Source of the DNA: Trypanosoma brucei | Taxonomy: Eukaryota | NCBI GenBank assembly: GCA_000002445.1 | Contig: CP000066.1 | Span: forward strand, 576,001-640,000 | DNA: 64,000 nt | Direction of reading: 5' to 3' | Shown here: positions 31,321 through 43,536 of the stretch, piece by piece | Numbering within the stretch: the first letter of the stretch is position 1 | Layout: every line of letters starts with the position of its first letter | Program-made: the position numbers and the translations under genes | Notes under the pieces: generated by a model | What the model was told of the DNA's origin: nothing | The model's input: only the letters and a program-made list of their open reading frames with translations | The model's database searches: none

Positions 31321-32244
31321 ATGCTCAGCTTTCTTTCCCCCAAACGTGCTGGCGCCATCCGAGTTTGGCGCAATGGTGCGTTTTGTGTGGGACCCAACTA
31401 TATTTTCGCAGCTTCATGTTTTCTTTCCATTATCGCTGTGTCTACTGCTTCTATCGCGCTTAACAATATGCTGATGTTACGAATTTTGTGTGGTACCTCA
31501 GCCTTTCTGTCTCTAGGATTCATGTGGCTCTGCTCCACATCAGATCCGGGAATTTGCCCATGGCGTACTCGTGAGGAAATGGAGCGCGATACAAAGAATG
31601 GGGTGTCAAAAGGAAAGGATGCGGAACTCGTTACGTTTATTAATAAAAATGGTGAGGAAGAAAGCGCCTTGCTGCGTTGCAAATGGTGCTATACCTGTAA
31701 TCAGTTTCGGCCTCTACGTGCAGTTCACTGTAGTTACTGCGGCGTTTGCATCTTACGACGCGATCATCATTGTCCTTGGGTTGGTACATGCGTAGGGGAG
31801 CGCAACTACCGCTTCTATTGGTTCTTTTTGTGGTCTGTGACCTGCCTTTCCTTAACAGTTTTAGTCAGTGGGGTTTGGGGGATCGCAATTCGGGTTGCGC
31901 GACTCTGTGGCACCGTGTTCTGCACCGAGAAGAGCATGTTTGTTTCAGCATTTGGGGAAACGCACTACATTGAACCAACAATTTCATTAGTTGCTCTCAT
32001 TTCGTGCGCTTTTGTAGCACCATTGGCGGTGTACCATGCGATGCTGGTAACAAAGAACATGACCACTGGCGAGGAACTGAACTGTGATGGCGTTTCGGTG
32101 CACTACTTCAGCCGTGGTGGGTGTGTGGCTAACGTAAAAGCCTCACTTTGTTCTCCTATCCCACCGTCGATTTTCCAGGAAGGTGTTAGCAGTTTAACGC
32201 CACTCGCTACGGCCGTCGTGATGGTTGAAGAGGCGGAGGTGTGA
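31321..32244 (+). CDS. DHHC-type palmitoyl acyltransferase
   Basis: 307 aa. The DHHC cysteine-rich domain CKWCYTCNQFRPLRAVHCSYCGVCILRRDHHCPWVGTCVGERNYRFYWFFL is flanked by four TM segments. Confidence 0.93.
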   Translation: MLSFLSPKRAGAIRVWRNGAFCVGPNYIFAASCFLSIIAVSTASIALNNMLMLRILCGTSAFLSLGFMWLCSTSDPGICPWRTREEMERDTKNGVSKGKDAELVTFINKNGEEESALLRCKWCYTCNQFRPLRAVHCSYCGVCILRRDHHCPWVGTCVGERNYRFYWFFLWSVTCLSLTVLVSGVWGIAIRVARLCGTVFCTEKSMFVSAFGETHYIEPTISLVALISCAFVAPLAVYHAMLVTKNMTTGEELNCDGVSVHYFSRGGCVANVKASLCSPIPPSIFQEGVSSLTPLATAVVMVEEAEV

Positions 32245-32796
32245 TCCATTTTTTCCTTAGGCTGCCCACTAGATGTCAGACGTGTATCTACACACGTCAT
32301 ATGCCCTGCCGAAACCACTGATTTGGGCCTGCGCTTGTTTATCCGTTGAGGGCTTTGCTTCAAGAAACCCAACAGTCGACGACTTCCGTTCCTCGTAACC
32401 ATGGTTATGGACGGACCTGTCGATTTTTATTTAGTTTTGCTGGTCTTGCACACCCCTCTCTTTTCCATTTTCCGGTTTTGCCCCCCCCTCAACAACCTAT
32501 TTTTACTTTTACCTTTGATGTCACACAAACACACACACGCCTCATCTGCCTATTGAATTGGCTCTTTACATCTTTTTTCTTTCATTCCTTTCACTTGTTG
32601 TCTTTGGATTAATATTCTTGTGTATGTTACACTTTGGAGAGGTGTTTGTGATTTCAATACAACAAAAAATATATATACATATCAATAAATAAAGGAGAAC
32701 AAAGGAAGTAGAAGTGTATCACATATTTTACAGTGTGTAAGGGAACTCGGCCAAAGAGTGTTGTGGCTTTAATAACGTGGCGCACACATCTGAAAA

Positions 32797-33693
32797 ATGC
32801 AACCGGCCACTGCACCGTACCTTCTGCGCTCGTTGTACAAGGATGATCACATCATCAGCACGCATCTGAATCGGCAAATCACAAATATAGTCACTGCTCT
32901 CTTCGGCGCACACACCACCAATTGCTACGATGCGCAACTCTGTTACTTAGCAAAGGGGATTTATGTGGCGTTTGCGCTGCTGCGTGGGCAGACGTTGGGA
33001 CAAGAATTCTGTGACCTCTTACCAGTGACGGGTAGTAACCCACCTCGGCTGGTCGGCATGCGGAGAAAGCTGCTTCTCGCAACATTTCTCGCTTTGGAAC
33101 CAGCGGTAGTTTTTCAATTTGCAGTGCGTTTATTCCCCCGGCTCCCACCACACGATGTCGTATCGAATGTGAGCAAATGTACTTTGATGATGTTGATGCT
33201 GCTTGAAACATACGGTACTCTTGCCCACCGTTTCCTCAGAGTGCGTTATCTCAGCCTTGTGCCTTCGGGTGCCCTTCAAAATGGTGAAGGTGCCCCCCGT
33301 ACATATCTTAAACTAGGATTTGTGTTAATGCTCGAGCTGTTGATTCGGCTCTGGCGGGCTGTGGCAGAATGGCGGGGGAATCGTGGCGCGGGTGAACAAA
33401 ATGAGCAGGGCGGAGCTGCAGGTCGCGGAGAGGATGATTCAGACACGGCGGATGAGCATGCGTCAGTGTCTGGTAAATGCATGCTTTGTCTTGGGAACCG
33501 TAAGCAGCCCACGGCAACTCTCTGCGGCCATATTTTCTGCTGGCGCTGCCTTTCAGAGTGGATTAAGTCGAACACACAGGGAGCCATTTGTCCTTTTTGC
33601 AGACGGCGAATAACAGTAAACTCGTTAGTCCCGCTCTATTTCTATGTGGCGAAGGAGCCCCCGGTTGCGGATGGCGACAGCGGTGCGTCGTAG
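32797..33693 (+). CDS. PEX10: Peroxin 10 (glycosomal/peroxisomal RING E3)
   Basis: 298 aa. The C3HC4 RING CMLCLGNRKQPTATLCGHIFCWRCLSEWIKSNTQGAICPFCRRRI fits the PEX10 consensus (C.LCL....PTATPCGH.FCW.C...W....ECP.CR). The N-terminal domain is Pex2/Pex12-type. Confidence 0.88.
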   Translation: MQPATAPYLLRSLYKDDHIISTHLNRQITNIVTALFGAHTTNCYDAQLCYLAKGIYVAFALLRGQTLGQEFCDLLPVTGSNPPRLVGMRRKLLLATFLALEPAVVFQFAVRLFPRLPPHDVVSNVSKCTLMMLMLLETYGTLAHRFLRVRYLSLVPSGALQNGEGAPRTYLKLGFVLMLELLIRLWRAVAEWRGNRGAGEQNEQGGAAGRGEDDSDTADEHASVSGKCMLCLGNRKQPTATLCGHIFCWRCLSEWIKSNTQGAICPFCRRRITVNSLVPLYFYVAKEPPVADGDSGAS

Positions 33694-33766
33694 ACTGACG
33701 GCAGAGGAGGAAGAAGTGGCAGGTGCAGTTGGTACGCAAGGTTCCACCTCCGCGTCTTTTCCCTGC

Positions 33767-33808
<42 letters not shown>

Positions 33809-33820
33809 GTGTGTGTGTGT
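33767..33820. repeat. Compound microsatellite (AT)13-gtat-(GT)12
   Basis: Read directly: the AT run spans 33767-33792 and the GT run spans 33797-33820, 74 nt downstream of the PEX10 stop codon. Confidence 0.95.
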
Positions 33821-34111
33821 ATCCCTCACTTCCATCCCTTTGTTTGTCGGTTACAGTAATTGACCGTACATTTCTCACACGGCGTACACGTTCTTTGTAT
33901 GTGTATGTACGGGATTGTCACTTGTTCCTTTCCAAACTGAATACAGTACCGATTGTCATAAGCTCCCTTGCTCTTTACTTTCCTTTGTGCCTTATCAATT
34001 CACCCGCGTGATAACAATTACAATAATATTAAGTAAGAAAAAGAAAAGCGTGTGTAAAAACTTTTTTTTTCGTTGCCAGTTTCGTAGCATTCGAATTTGT
34101 TCAAAGCTCAA

Positions 34112-34492
34112 ATGGCTGGTGCAAAGGAAGTGCAGTCCGTGCACCCTTTCACACGGTGGGTTGCGGGGCTCTCATCACCCATGTCTTTAACAGATCAGCG
34201 TGCTGCGGCAACGAGGATCAGCCACCTTATGCTCACTACCGTTTTTGTCGCGACAGTGTGCGGTTACTTCGTTGGAAACGTTCACACGGCATTTTTTGCT
34301 GTAGCGGCGGCGTGCGGAGTGTCGCTTATTGTCTGGGGCCCAAATTGGTACCAAAACGAAGATCCGGATCAGCGGTGGTGCGATGAAAACGAAGTGAAGA
34401 AATATTACGAAACGCTGGAACAATTGCGTGACGAGGCGAAGCAGAAAATAATTGACGAGTTCGAGTCAAAAGGAGAGAAAAAGCGAAATTGA
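34112..34492 (+). CDS. Small two-TM protein, possibly signal peptidase complex subunit 1 (SPCS1/SPC12-like)
   Basis: The ORF-track start at 34097 is TTG, and the ATG is at 34112 (126 aa). The topology and spacing of TDQRAAATRISHLMLTTVFVATVCGYFVGNVHTAFFAVAAACGVSLIVWGPNW resemble recalled human SPCS1 ([55 protein letters not shown]). Confidence 0.5.
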   Translation: MAGAKEVQSVHPFTRWVAGLSSPMSLTDQRAAATRISHLMLTTVFVATVCGYFVGNVHTAFFAVAAACGVSLIVWGPNWYQNEDPDQRWCDENEVKKYYETLEQLRDEAKQKIIDEFESKGEKKRN

Positions 34493-34622
34493 AGGAGGGA
34501 CCTTGGCGTTATGCGAACCCACGACTTATGCATGGAAACGAGCTGTAAGTGAGGTTGTAAAGATGATGCTTTCATTTTATCTAATGAGTGAACTTGCCCG
34601 TGCGCTAAGCTTCCCTATTGTC

Positions 34623-34640
34623 ATTATTATTATTATTATT
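34623..34640. repeat. (ATT)6 microsatellite
   Basis: Read directly. Confidence 0.9.
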
Positions 34641-34861
34641 AGATTCCGCCCCTTCATCCCCACGCCTTTCTTTGGAGGAAGGGGGAAGGGTGCCACGCAA
34701 CTAAAGGCTCCTCTTTCTTCTCTGTTCCTTCCTTTTCTTTGCTTTACGCTACCCTTCGGTCCCTTATTTTTTTCAACTTCTCATCGTGGTCCAAGCAGCG
34801 ATATAGTTGGAGCGGACCAGCTGAGATTCAAAAAGGAAAAAAGAGAGAGGGAAGTGAGTTC

Positions 34862-37624
34862 ATGAAACGATGCAACAGTGAGTCTGAAACTGAGTTCGAT
34901 TCTTTAAAGAGTGAGAACCCGCTCCTTCATTCACCGTCTCTGAAGAGCTGGAACATAATGAAAAACACTCCCGTTGTGCCTCCTTTTTCCTCTGCCATGA
35001 CTATGGCAATGAAGGAACATTGCGGTGCCTCAACCGCAACCTCTGCAGCCAATGAACGGCAATATAAGGAACTAAACGTAGATTTCAACGATAAGTATTT
35101 CGGGGAAGTGACTCGTTCAGGTTCCATTGAGGTGCCTCATGGAAACGGGAGGCTGTTTTCGGGGGAGGGGAAACATTTTTATGAAGGTGGTTTCGTTAAC
35201 CGCTGCCGTGACGGGTACGGTGTGCTGAATACGGAGCGATATGCATTATGGTGTAAGTGGAAAATGAACCGTCCCGACCTCACGAGTCAGTCCCGTGTTG
35301 ATTACCGTGATGGCACAAGGTACAACGGTTTTTTGTCCGCTCATCAAAATAACAGTGCGGCCGCAAATATTCCCTCCTCCTTGCGGTGCCGTTTGTCGAA
35401 GTTTTCCATTTGGGTTCACAGCCTGACTTTAGTGCGTGAACGTTGGGGAGAAATTGTCCATAGCGGGGGTGACCGTTACTTTGGTCAATGGGACAACGAC
35501 ATGCCGTCGGGTTTCGGTTGTTATGTGACAAAATATGGCGACCGCTATATTGGATTGTTTCAACGAGGTAGGTTCCATGACACTGGCACGCTTTTTGTGC
35601 ACGCATGCAGGTGGGGAAATAGGGCTAGTAAAATTCCCGATGGTGTGGGCTTTTTGTATCAGCAGGAACAGGTGGAAAATCAACACGTCGAGGCTGCGGA
35701 GGCGGCTAAACAGAGAATAGAGGATCGTTTTAAAAATACTTTCACCGAATCCTGCGGTTGTAGCGGCGCGGACTATGAAATAAGTGGTCACAAGCGCCAG
35801 GGACCACCACGGGGTTGGGATGGCGTTATATTTGACGGTGTGTGGGAAATGGGCCGTTTCCTGGGCGAGGGACATGTGACGCTTCCATGTGGATCTCGCA
35901 TAACAGCTGAGTGGAAGAATCTATTCTCCCCCACGCAAGGGCGTGTGTTCATGGCATCCTCCAACGACAATAAAGCGAGTGGTCGGCAAGATATGGATAC
36001 GCGCGGTTGGTTCCAATGCTTTCATTGGGAATCGCTGCTCTCAGGACTCACTGACGAGTCAAAGGAGCAGAAATATGCCGCGTGTGCTTCTTTCCGTGAG
36101 CGACTGGGTCTCGCAACCACGGAAGAGGAGGAGCAGGTGGTTCTTGCCGACTTCTGCAGCAATGAGGATGCAATAAGAAACGCCCTAAAAGTTTTTCAAC
36201 GTTGCTTTTACTTTCTTCATGGGTCGTGTGGGAGCAGCAGTGAAATAGGATCTGGCTGGGGGTCGAACCCACTCGGTTGGTGTTATGTACGTAACTCATA
36301 CGGCGGCTGTATCCACAACATAAAGGGGCGACGGATAACGGCATGTGATGTGGACCTTGCGCTTACCGACATTATTTCATTTGTCCGCTCAACAGAGCGG
36401 TGGGTAGTGGAAATGTTAGGCGACTCTTCATTGTCGAGTCCAAGTTCGCATTTATTCGTCATGCGGAAGCTACTTGACTTAACGCTTCGCAGCGTCTACA
36501 ATGTGCTGTTCAACCTTTATGTTCATGCGTATGATGTGGAGGACATTGCGCTTACTCAGGCGTTGGAAAGAGTGCGTGAACATACCACACTTGACGACCT
36601 CGGAGTGAGTTTCGCGCGGCAGCAAAGTTCGGAAGAGCTCTTCGACCCGTACGCCGACGCTGTCAACCGGATTGAGCGTCTAGCCCGTGGTGTGTGGACG
36701 TATGGAAGCAAACTCAAGATTCTTGCACAGTGGTCTATGGAAATTGACCTTTCCACACGTCTGGCACGTGTAACTCTTGATGATGGGCCTCTGGCACTGT
36801 TGCCCAAAAGGAATGCGCAACCAGCGTCTGGCTCCGCTGACGATCTTATTCCCATTCACCAATTTGTGTTGATGAAAGCAAAAGTGGACCACTTATACGT
36901 GCACACGAAGTTGCTGGTGGACCTTAGTAGTGAGGACGTGTTCATGGAGTTTACGTCGCAGGAGAACTTCTTTGTTATCACGTTTCAGGCATGTACCATG
37001 ATATTATCGAAGTTTCACCCCCTGCTTCGTGATGAGTCACATGTGTTAGCACCACCTTCTCTGTTTGAGGAACGGCTGCGTTCTGGCGTGCATTCTATTA
37101 GACGACTAGCCGAAACATTTATTGCTCAGCTGTTGAAGTCGCATGGTGTATTTGAGGGGGAGGAATCGCGGGAATTCTCTGCTGAGGAATTTGGGGCTGT
37201 GGCTCTTGGCTACATCAAGGCGTGGTTAGCTGAAGCCGTTGACATGGCAGCGACGCACGGGGGCACCGCAGTTGCCAGTGGAAGTGATCAAATCCTTCCC
37301 GTAGCTGAATTATTGCAAATGGAGGAGACTCGTCAGTTGGCCCTTCTGAGCGAGCCGAACTTTCCGCGAGTGTTGGCACTTTTCTGTTGGCTTGCAGTTG
37401 CAAACGTCCTCTCGGTGCTTCACATTCACCTTGGTGTAATGGCGGCAAATGGTGATGACTTGCTAAATGTCGATACCGACCCGGCTAAGCTTCTAGACGA
37501 CTATGTTGCATGGCGCAACGTATGTGGTGGAGATGTTTCATCCCTCGTATTGCTCTTGGGCAAAGGTGCACCACGGCCTCTTTTCCTACGGCGAGCTGCG
37601 GCATTTATTGCATCTATTTTATAA
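34862..37624 (+). CDS. MORN-repeat protein with C-terminal VPS9 (Rab5-GEF) domain
   Basis: The ORF-track start at 34739 is TTG in a poly-Y tract, and the ATG is at 34862 (920 aa). It has MORN-like units (GNGRLFSGEGKHFYEGGFVNRCRDGYG, YRDGTRYNGF, GGDRYFGQWDNDMPSGFGCYVTKYGDRYIGLFQRGRFHDTG). It also has the VPS9 core motif ADDLIPIHQFVLMKAKVDHLYVHTKLLVDL (cf. DDLLPILIYVVIKANPP.L.SNL.YI). Confidence 0.78.
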   Translation: MKRCNSESETEFDSLKSENPLLHSPSLKSWNIMKNTPVVPPFSSAMTMAMKEHCGASTATSAANERQYKELNVDFNDKYFGEVTRSGSIEVPHGNGRLFSGEGKHFYEGGFVNRCRDGYGVLNTERYALWCKWKMNRPDLTSQSRVDYRDGTRYNGFLSAHQNNSAAANIPSSLRCRLSKFSIWVHSLTLVRERWGEIVHSGGDRYFGQWDNDMPSGFGCYVTKYGDRYIGLFQRGRFHDTGTLFVHACRWGNRASKIPDGVGFLYQQEQVENQHVEAAEAAKQRIEDRFKNTFTESCGCSGADYEISGHKRQGPPRGWDGVIFDGVWEMGRFLGEGHVTLPCGSRITAEWKNLFSPTQGRVFMASSNDNKASGRQDMDTRGWFQCFHWESLLSGLTDESKEQKYAACASFRERLGLATTEEEEQVVLADFCSNEDAIRNALKVFQRCFYFLHGSCGSSSEIGSGWGSNPLGWCYVRNSYGGCIHNIKGRRITACDVDLALTDIISFVRSTERWVVEMLGDSSLSSPSSHLFVMRKLLDLTLRSVYNVLFNLYVHAYDVEDIALTQALERVREHTTLDDLGVSFARQQSSEELFDPYADAVNRIERLARGVWTYGSKLKILAQWSMEIDLSTRLARVTLDDGPLALLPKRNAQPASGSADDLIPIHQFVLMKAKVDHLYVHTKLLVDLSSEDVFMEFTSQENFFVITFQACTMILSKFHPLLRDESHVLAPPSLFEERLRSGVHSIRRLAETFIAQLLKSHGVFEGEESREFSAEEFGAVALGYIKAWLAEAVDMAATHGGTAVASGSDQILPVAELLQMEETRQLALLSEPNFPRVLALFCWLAVANVLSVLHIHLGVMAANGDDLLNVDTDPAKLLDDYVAWRNVCGGDVSSLVLLLGKGAPRPLFLRRAAAFIASIL

Positions 37625-38039
37625 GTTGAAGACGCGTATGTGTGTGATGCCGGCAACATTTGAATCCTGGGCAAGAGGGTGGGTGTGGGAGGGGGGGATG
37701 GGCTTTTCAGCATGGTGCTTAACGTGTCGACAAAAAATTTGAAAAAAAAAGAGGCAAATGTGCGTTGCTGGGCTGCTACGCTGGTTGCAGTTGCCTTCTC
37801 TATTTTTCGCCTACGGTTGCTTACTTTTCGGATAACAATCACATTCCAAAACATGTGGTTCACAATCGCCACACAAATCTCTCTTTATGTTTTTTGCTTT
37901 TACTTTTTCTCTCAGTGTTTTTTTTTTCAGGGTAGTGGCGTGAATACGCTTGAAAAAAAAAAGGAGGAGGGTGTGCGGTTTTACGGTTCAATCGCTCAAT
38001 CCCTTGTTGTTTTTTGCATTCATTCATTTATTATTATTA

Positions 38040-38058
38040 TTTTTTTTTTTTTTTGCAG
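38040..38058 (+). promoter_or_regulatory. T-run plus AG: candidate trans-splice acceptor upstream of the AGC kinase gene
   Basis: A T15 run (38040-38054) is followed by gcAG (AG at 38057-38058), about 420 nt upstream of the ATG at 38482. Confidence 0.35.
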
Positions 38059-38433
38059 TCACTGCCTGAAAAGGGGTATATGCTGCTTTCTTTGTTAACT
38101 GAGTGGAATTGGTTTGTTTCCTCCTTCATTTGCTTCCTTTTCTTTCCATCTTTCCATCTACATTTCTCATTCCAAGTGCTCTGCCGGCAAACACCCGGTG
38201 CTGAGCAAGAAAAAAATAATAAAGTAAAAAAAGGAAACATAAAACAAGGGTGCAGAGCAACCGTGTGTGTCTGTGTGTGTGAGCCGTCGGTTACAACAAC
38301 CGTTAATACTTTGCTGCCTTCGTATTTGTTTGTGCAGCGAAGCAAATAATAAAAATAATAATAAGCGTAGAGGACGAACAGTGTGTAGTGCATAATATAT
38401 ATATATATATATTAAACGTGTTGGGAAGAATAA

Positions 38434-39702
<1,269 letters not shown>

Positions 39703-41330
39703 GGTGTCAAATATGCCCTCCTTTTCAGCATTGTTGGTAATGAAAGGGTGCAGTAAAGAAAAAAAAACGAAATAAAATCAAACAAAAACTAAAAAAATAA
39801 AAAAGGCAAACGTAACACAAGAAGAGGAAAATAAAACAAGAGGGTAATGAAAGAAAACAAAAGAGAGTTTGGGATGAAATGAGTGTGGATGAACGTTGTG
39901 ACGAAAGAAGAGCATGAAAAGGGGAAATTAAGAGTAAGTAAAGTGTAAGTGTTTGTAGGAAGAAAAAAGGGGGTGCGTTAGGAGCTGGTGTAGATATGTG
40001 ATGTTTGTGTTTGTGGCGTGAAATACAGGACTGATACTTTTTTTTTACTTTTTTTGATCTCTCTCTTTGTGTTTGTGTGTGTGTGTGTATGGTTTTTTTT
40101 TTCTTCCTTCTTGTGTGGTGTGTGTTATAACTGTTGCGTTTGTCCTTGCTTGTGTATTTACCATTTCATGTGCATTTTCCACCCACCCCCTCATTTATTC
40201 CTGATATATTTCCCTTATCTACTTTTTCGATTCCGTTCCTGCCACCACGTCACGTTACCGCCATCCAACCAACCACTTTTTCAATTTTTCGTGTGTTTTA
40301 TATGAATTAAATGCATGTAGGCTTTCATGTGCAGTAATTCCTCTTGTCATTAAACGACAACACACGGAGCCACGGACGCGTAACATTTCGTTTTTTTTTT
40401 CTTGTTCTTATTGTTTGGAGGAGAGTTTCATCATTTATTGACTCTTTTCATAATTCCCTTGCAATATGAATGTATGTATTTATATATATAATATATATGT
40501 TTACTTGTGTTTCTGTGTGGGTATGTTTTTTTCCTTCTTTCTTGGAGCTTCAGATGTGATGATGCTAATGATCATGGTCAGCACAATTATAAGTGTTGCT
40601 ATTTTCTATTTTTTTTTCTTTCATTTGATTTTTCTCCAACATTTTTTTCTTTTTATTTAACTATTCCGTGCGGCGCGTCGATATGCCTTGAGTAATTAAC
40701 TGATTGGCTCCCTGTGTTTTATTTTGTTTGCTTGGATGTGTGGAAGAGCGATGGCAGCAGCAGAAGCAGGAAATAAAAGAAAGAGGAAGTAAAAAAACAA
40801 AAAGGAGGCAATGGGAGAGAAAGTATATTATAACAGCAGCAACAAAATGAAAAAAAAAAAGAAGGTATATATATACATTGATTAAACAGAAATTCAGGAC
40901 AAAACAAACGAAAATAAAATAAAACAGATATCTCTTCACTGGCTCACCACTTCGTTTGTTATTTTACCAACAAATCCCGCTGGGCGTGTGACATGTGCAG
41001 TTATCCTTACGTCTGTGAAACCGTTATATTACCACTACTACTCTTCTTGCTCTTGTGTTTCTTGTTTCTTTTTAATGTTTTTTTTTCCTCTTTCACTTCA
41101 CTTCACTTGCATGGCACTGCAGCGAACATTAGACTTTTTTTTTGTTTTCTTCCCTTGTTGGCGTTTTTGGCGTTGCTGTTTTCTTTTCTTTTTTTGAGGG
41201 GGGTGGGGGTATTATTATTGTTATTATTATTACTATCATTATTTATTCACTGCTATTTGCGTTTCTCCCGGTCAGACCGATTGAGATGCTCATATATCTT
41301 CCTTTTGATTGTTTTCATTTCCTTTTTGTT

Positions 41331-41385
41331 GATGATGATGATGATGATGTTTTTGATTTGTTTTGTTTTGTTTTGTTTTGTTTTG
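41331..41385. repeat. (GAT)6 followed by (TTTTG)5 microsatellites
   Basis: Read directly: GAT units at 41331-41348 and TTTTG units at 41361-41385. Confidence 0.9.
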
Positions 41386-41807
41386 TGCCCACCAGCACCT
41401 CACTGTCAGTTGTTCACACTTTTCCGCTACCTTTTTTTTTTTGCCGTGCAGGTCTCCAATAATATAAAGAAATATATACGTTTGTACTGAACAAATGATG
41501 ACCTCTTGCATTGGGAAATGAGTGAAAATGCACCGGGTTGTAACGCAAACGCAGCGATGTCCTCGTCCGTTACCTACTCTTTTTTTTTTTTCGTTTCTTC
41601 ATCACTTTTGTTTTTCTTCCTTCCTCTTGTGTCAGTTTCCTCCCTTCCTGTATCGCAAAGTGAAGGCTTTTTCCCCCTTTTTTGTTTGGTTTGGTTTCCT
41701 TCGCTTTCACCCCAACCACTGTGTTAGTTACAAACTGTAAAGTTACGCAAAGAAGTACACACATATATATATATACGCGCATAGTGACGGTTTTGAAGCG
41801 TAAAGAA

Positions 41808-42815
41808 ATGAAAGAAGTTAAAGGGGAAAATGAGTTTTTAAGCTGCAATGTGGAACTGTCAGAAGGTGTTGAAGATATTGCTGATGCCTTAAAACTTTGG
41901 GAGGATCAATTATATGCAGTAGAGCCACTTCTTGCAATATCGCTCAAGCTTCAACACCTCCAAGACACCACTCGCGGCATTGTTGCATCACTTGCCACTT
42001 CCAAAAAGAAATTACTGCAATCCACAAGATGCCACAAATATAAGCGTCAATATTTACTAAAAATGGAAGACACACCAAAGAAAGAAACAGCGTTATCGGA
42101 TTTTTCTTCACCCGATCCAATTGATGAATATGTGCGGCTGCATAAATGCAAGAGGGCGAGGGATGTAAATGTAAATGTAAATGCAAATGCAAATACGGAT
42201 GCGGGTGATGTTTCGTTGAGTGTTACCGCTGAGGAACATCAGACATGTGTGGAGGCGCTTCTTCGATGGGTTGATGAATCCATGCCATCGGTTGCGGAAC
42301 CTCATCTCACAGCCTCACGGAAGAAATTAGTCGCTCTCCTCACAAAAGGGGAATCACATGGAAAAGCAAAACCAACTAAAGAAACGCTCAGTAATGCTGA
42401 TGCATTTTGTAGTAAGCATTGGGCATATTATGCGGAGCAGCTGCATGCCGCACACAATGATGAATATGCGGCACTTAGGCGGGTGTGTGCTACGGATATC
42501 GGTGAGAGAATTCGCTCTCAAATGAAGTGGGAACAGTCACAAAGCAATTCAGTTCATGTCGTCACGCCTGCTGCTTCTGCTGGTGGTCTTCAGAGAAGTT
42601 TCACGCAGTTGTTAGGCGCAAAGGATGCATTGGCGGATTGTCAAAAAGCTGTTACGGTTTTATTATCGCTTCTGGGTGGCGCACTTGATGAATACGATGA
42701 ACAAACGCACAACGTCATCAAACGCGAAGAGGCATTTTGGAACAACGTACGAATTGCTGAATGTGAAAGTGAAGCGTTACGTTCCTTGTCTCTTCGTGTC
42801 AAAAAGCATTGTTGA
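41808..42815 (+). CDS. Hypothetical protein (335 aa)
   Basis: The ORF-track start at 41682 is TTG in T-rich sequence, and the first ATG is at 41808 (MKEVKGENEF...). The sequence is non-repetitive except for a hexamer-encoded NVNVNANAN stretch. No family was recognised. Confidence 0.65.
   Translation: MKEVKGENEFLSCNVELSEGVEDIADALKLWEDQLYAVEPLLAISLKLQHLQDTTRGIVASLATSKKKLLQSTRCHKYKRQYLLKMEDTPKKETALSDFSSPDPIDEYVRLHKCKRARDVNVNVNANANTDAGDVSLSVTAEEHQTCVEALLRWVDESMPSVAEPHLTASRKKLVALLTKGESHGKAKPTKETLSNADAFCSKHWAYYAEQLHAAHNDEYAALRRVCATDIGERIRSQMKWEQSQSNSVHVVTPAASAGGLQRSFTQLLGAKDALADCQKAVTVLLSLLGGALDEYDEQTHNVIKREEAFWNNVRIAECESEALRSLSLRVKKHC
42163..42192 (+). repeat. In-frame hexanucleotide repeat (ATGTAA)3(ATGCAA)2 encoding NVNVNANAN
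   Basis: Read directly inside the CDS 41808-42815. Confidence 0.9.
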
Positions 42816-43536
42816 CTGCATCGTCTGTCATAAGTGCTTTTTCCCCCTTGTTTTAAAAAAAAAAAAAACGAGCATTGTCTCTACCTTGTATTACGTATGA
42901 TGCCTTTTTTTCCACTTCGTTTTTGTTGGTGTTTACCTTTTTTTCTTCCGTTATTTTTACCATTTTCCCTGTATTTTCTCTCTGTCTCTGTATCTGTTGT
43001 TGCTGTTTTGTTTTCGTTTTCGTTTTTGTTCTTTGCTTGGCTCCTTTTCATGATTGTGAAGACGAGACCTCCGACACGAGGTATCGAAGGTTATGACGAT
43101 TGTGCTGTTTAATTCTATGAATCCACATTACGTTGGAATTAATAAAACGGAACTTTCGCCTGGCGGTGGAGGGCGATGTGGACGCGTTTCTGCATCCTCC
43201 CGGGGGGGATCATATATTTTCAGTGACAAAAATGTCGACCCCTTGAAGGTGCTAAAAACTTCCTTTTTTATTTTTCTCTCTATTTTTTTTCTATTTGTTA
43301 TTTTTGTTATTGTTATTGTTGTTGTTGTTTTAGTCCTATAATTGGCGCGTGTTTCGCCTCATTTCATCATTCACACCATATCCTTTGTTGTTTTCATCTT
43401 TTCCCCCACACGTACTTTACATTTCTTTCCTCTTTTTTTTTTTTATTTTATTATTTTTTTCACCCTCTGCATGTGTATGGTTTGCATTGCGTGTGGGAAA
43501 AAAAATAATAAAATAAACTAAAATAAACAACAAAAG

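Noticed and set aside
40018-41511. Many 60-165-aa ORFs (for example 40993-41490) in the spacer after the kinase gene
   Set aside because: They are translations of poly-T / poly-pyrimidine or poly-purine DNA (F/L/C/S- or K/E/R/N-rich). They overlap on both strands and in several frames and often use non-ATG starts. They are UTR or spacer sequence, not genes.
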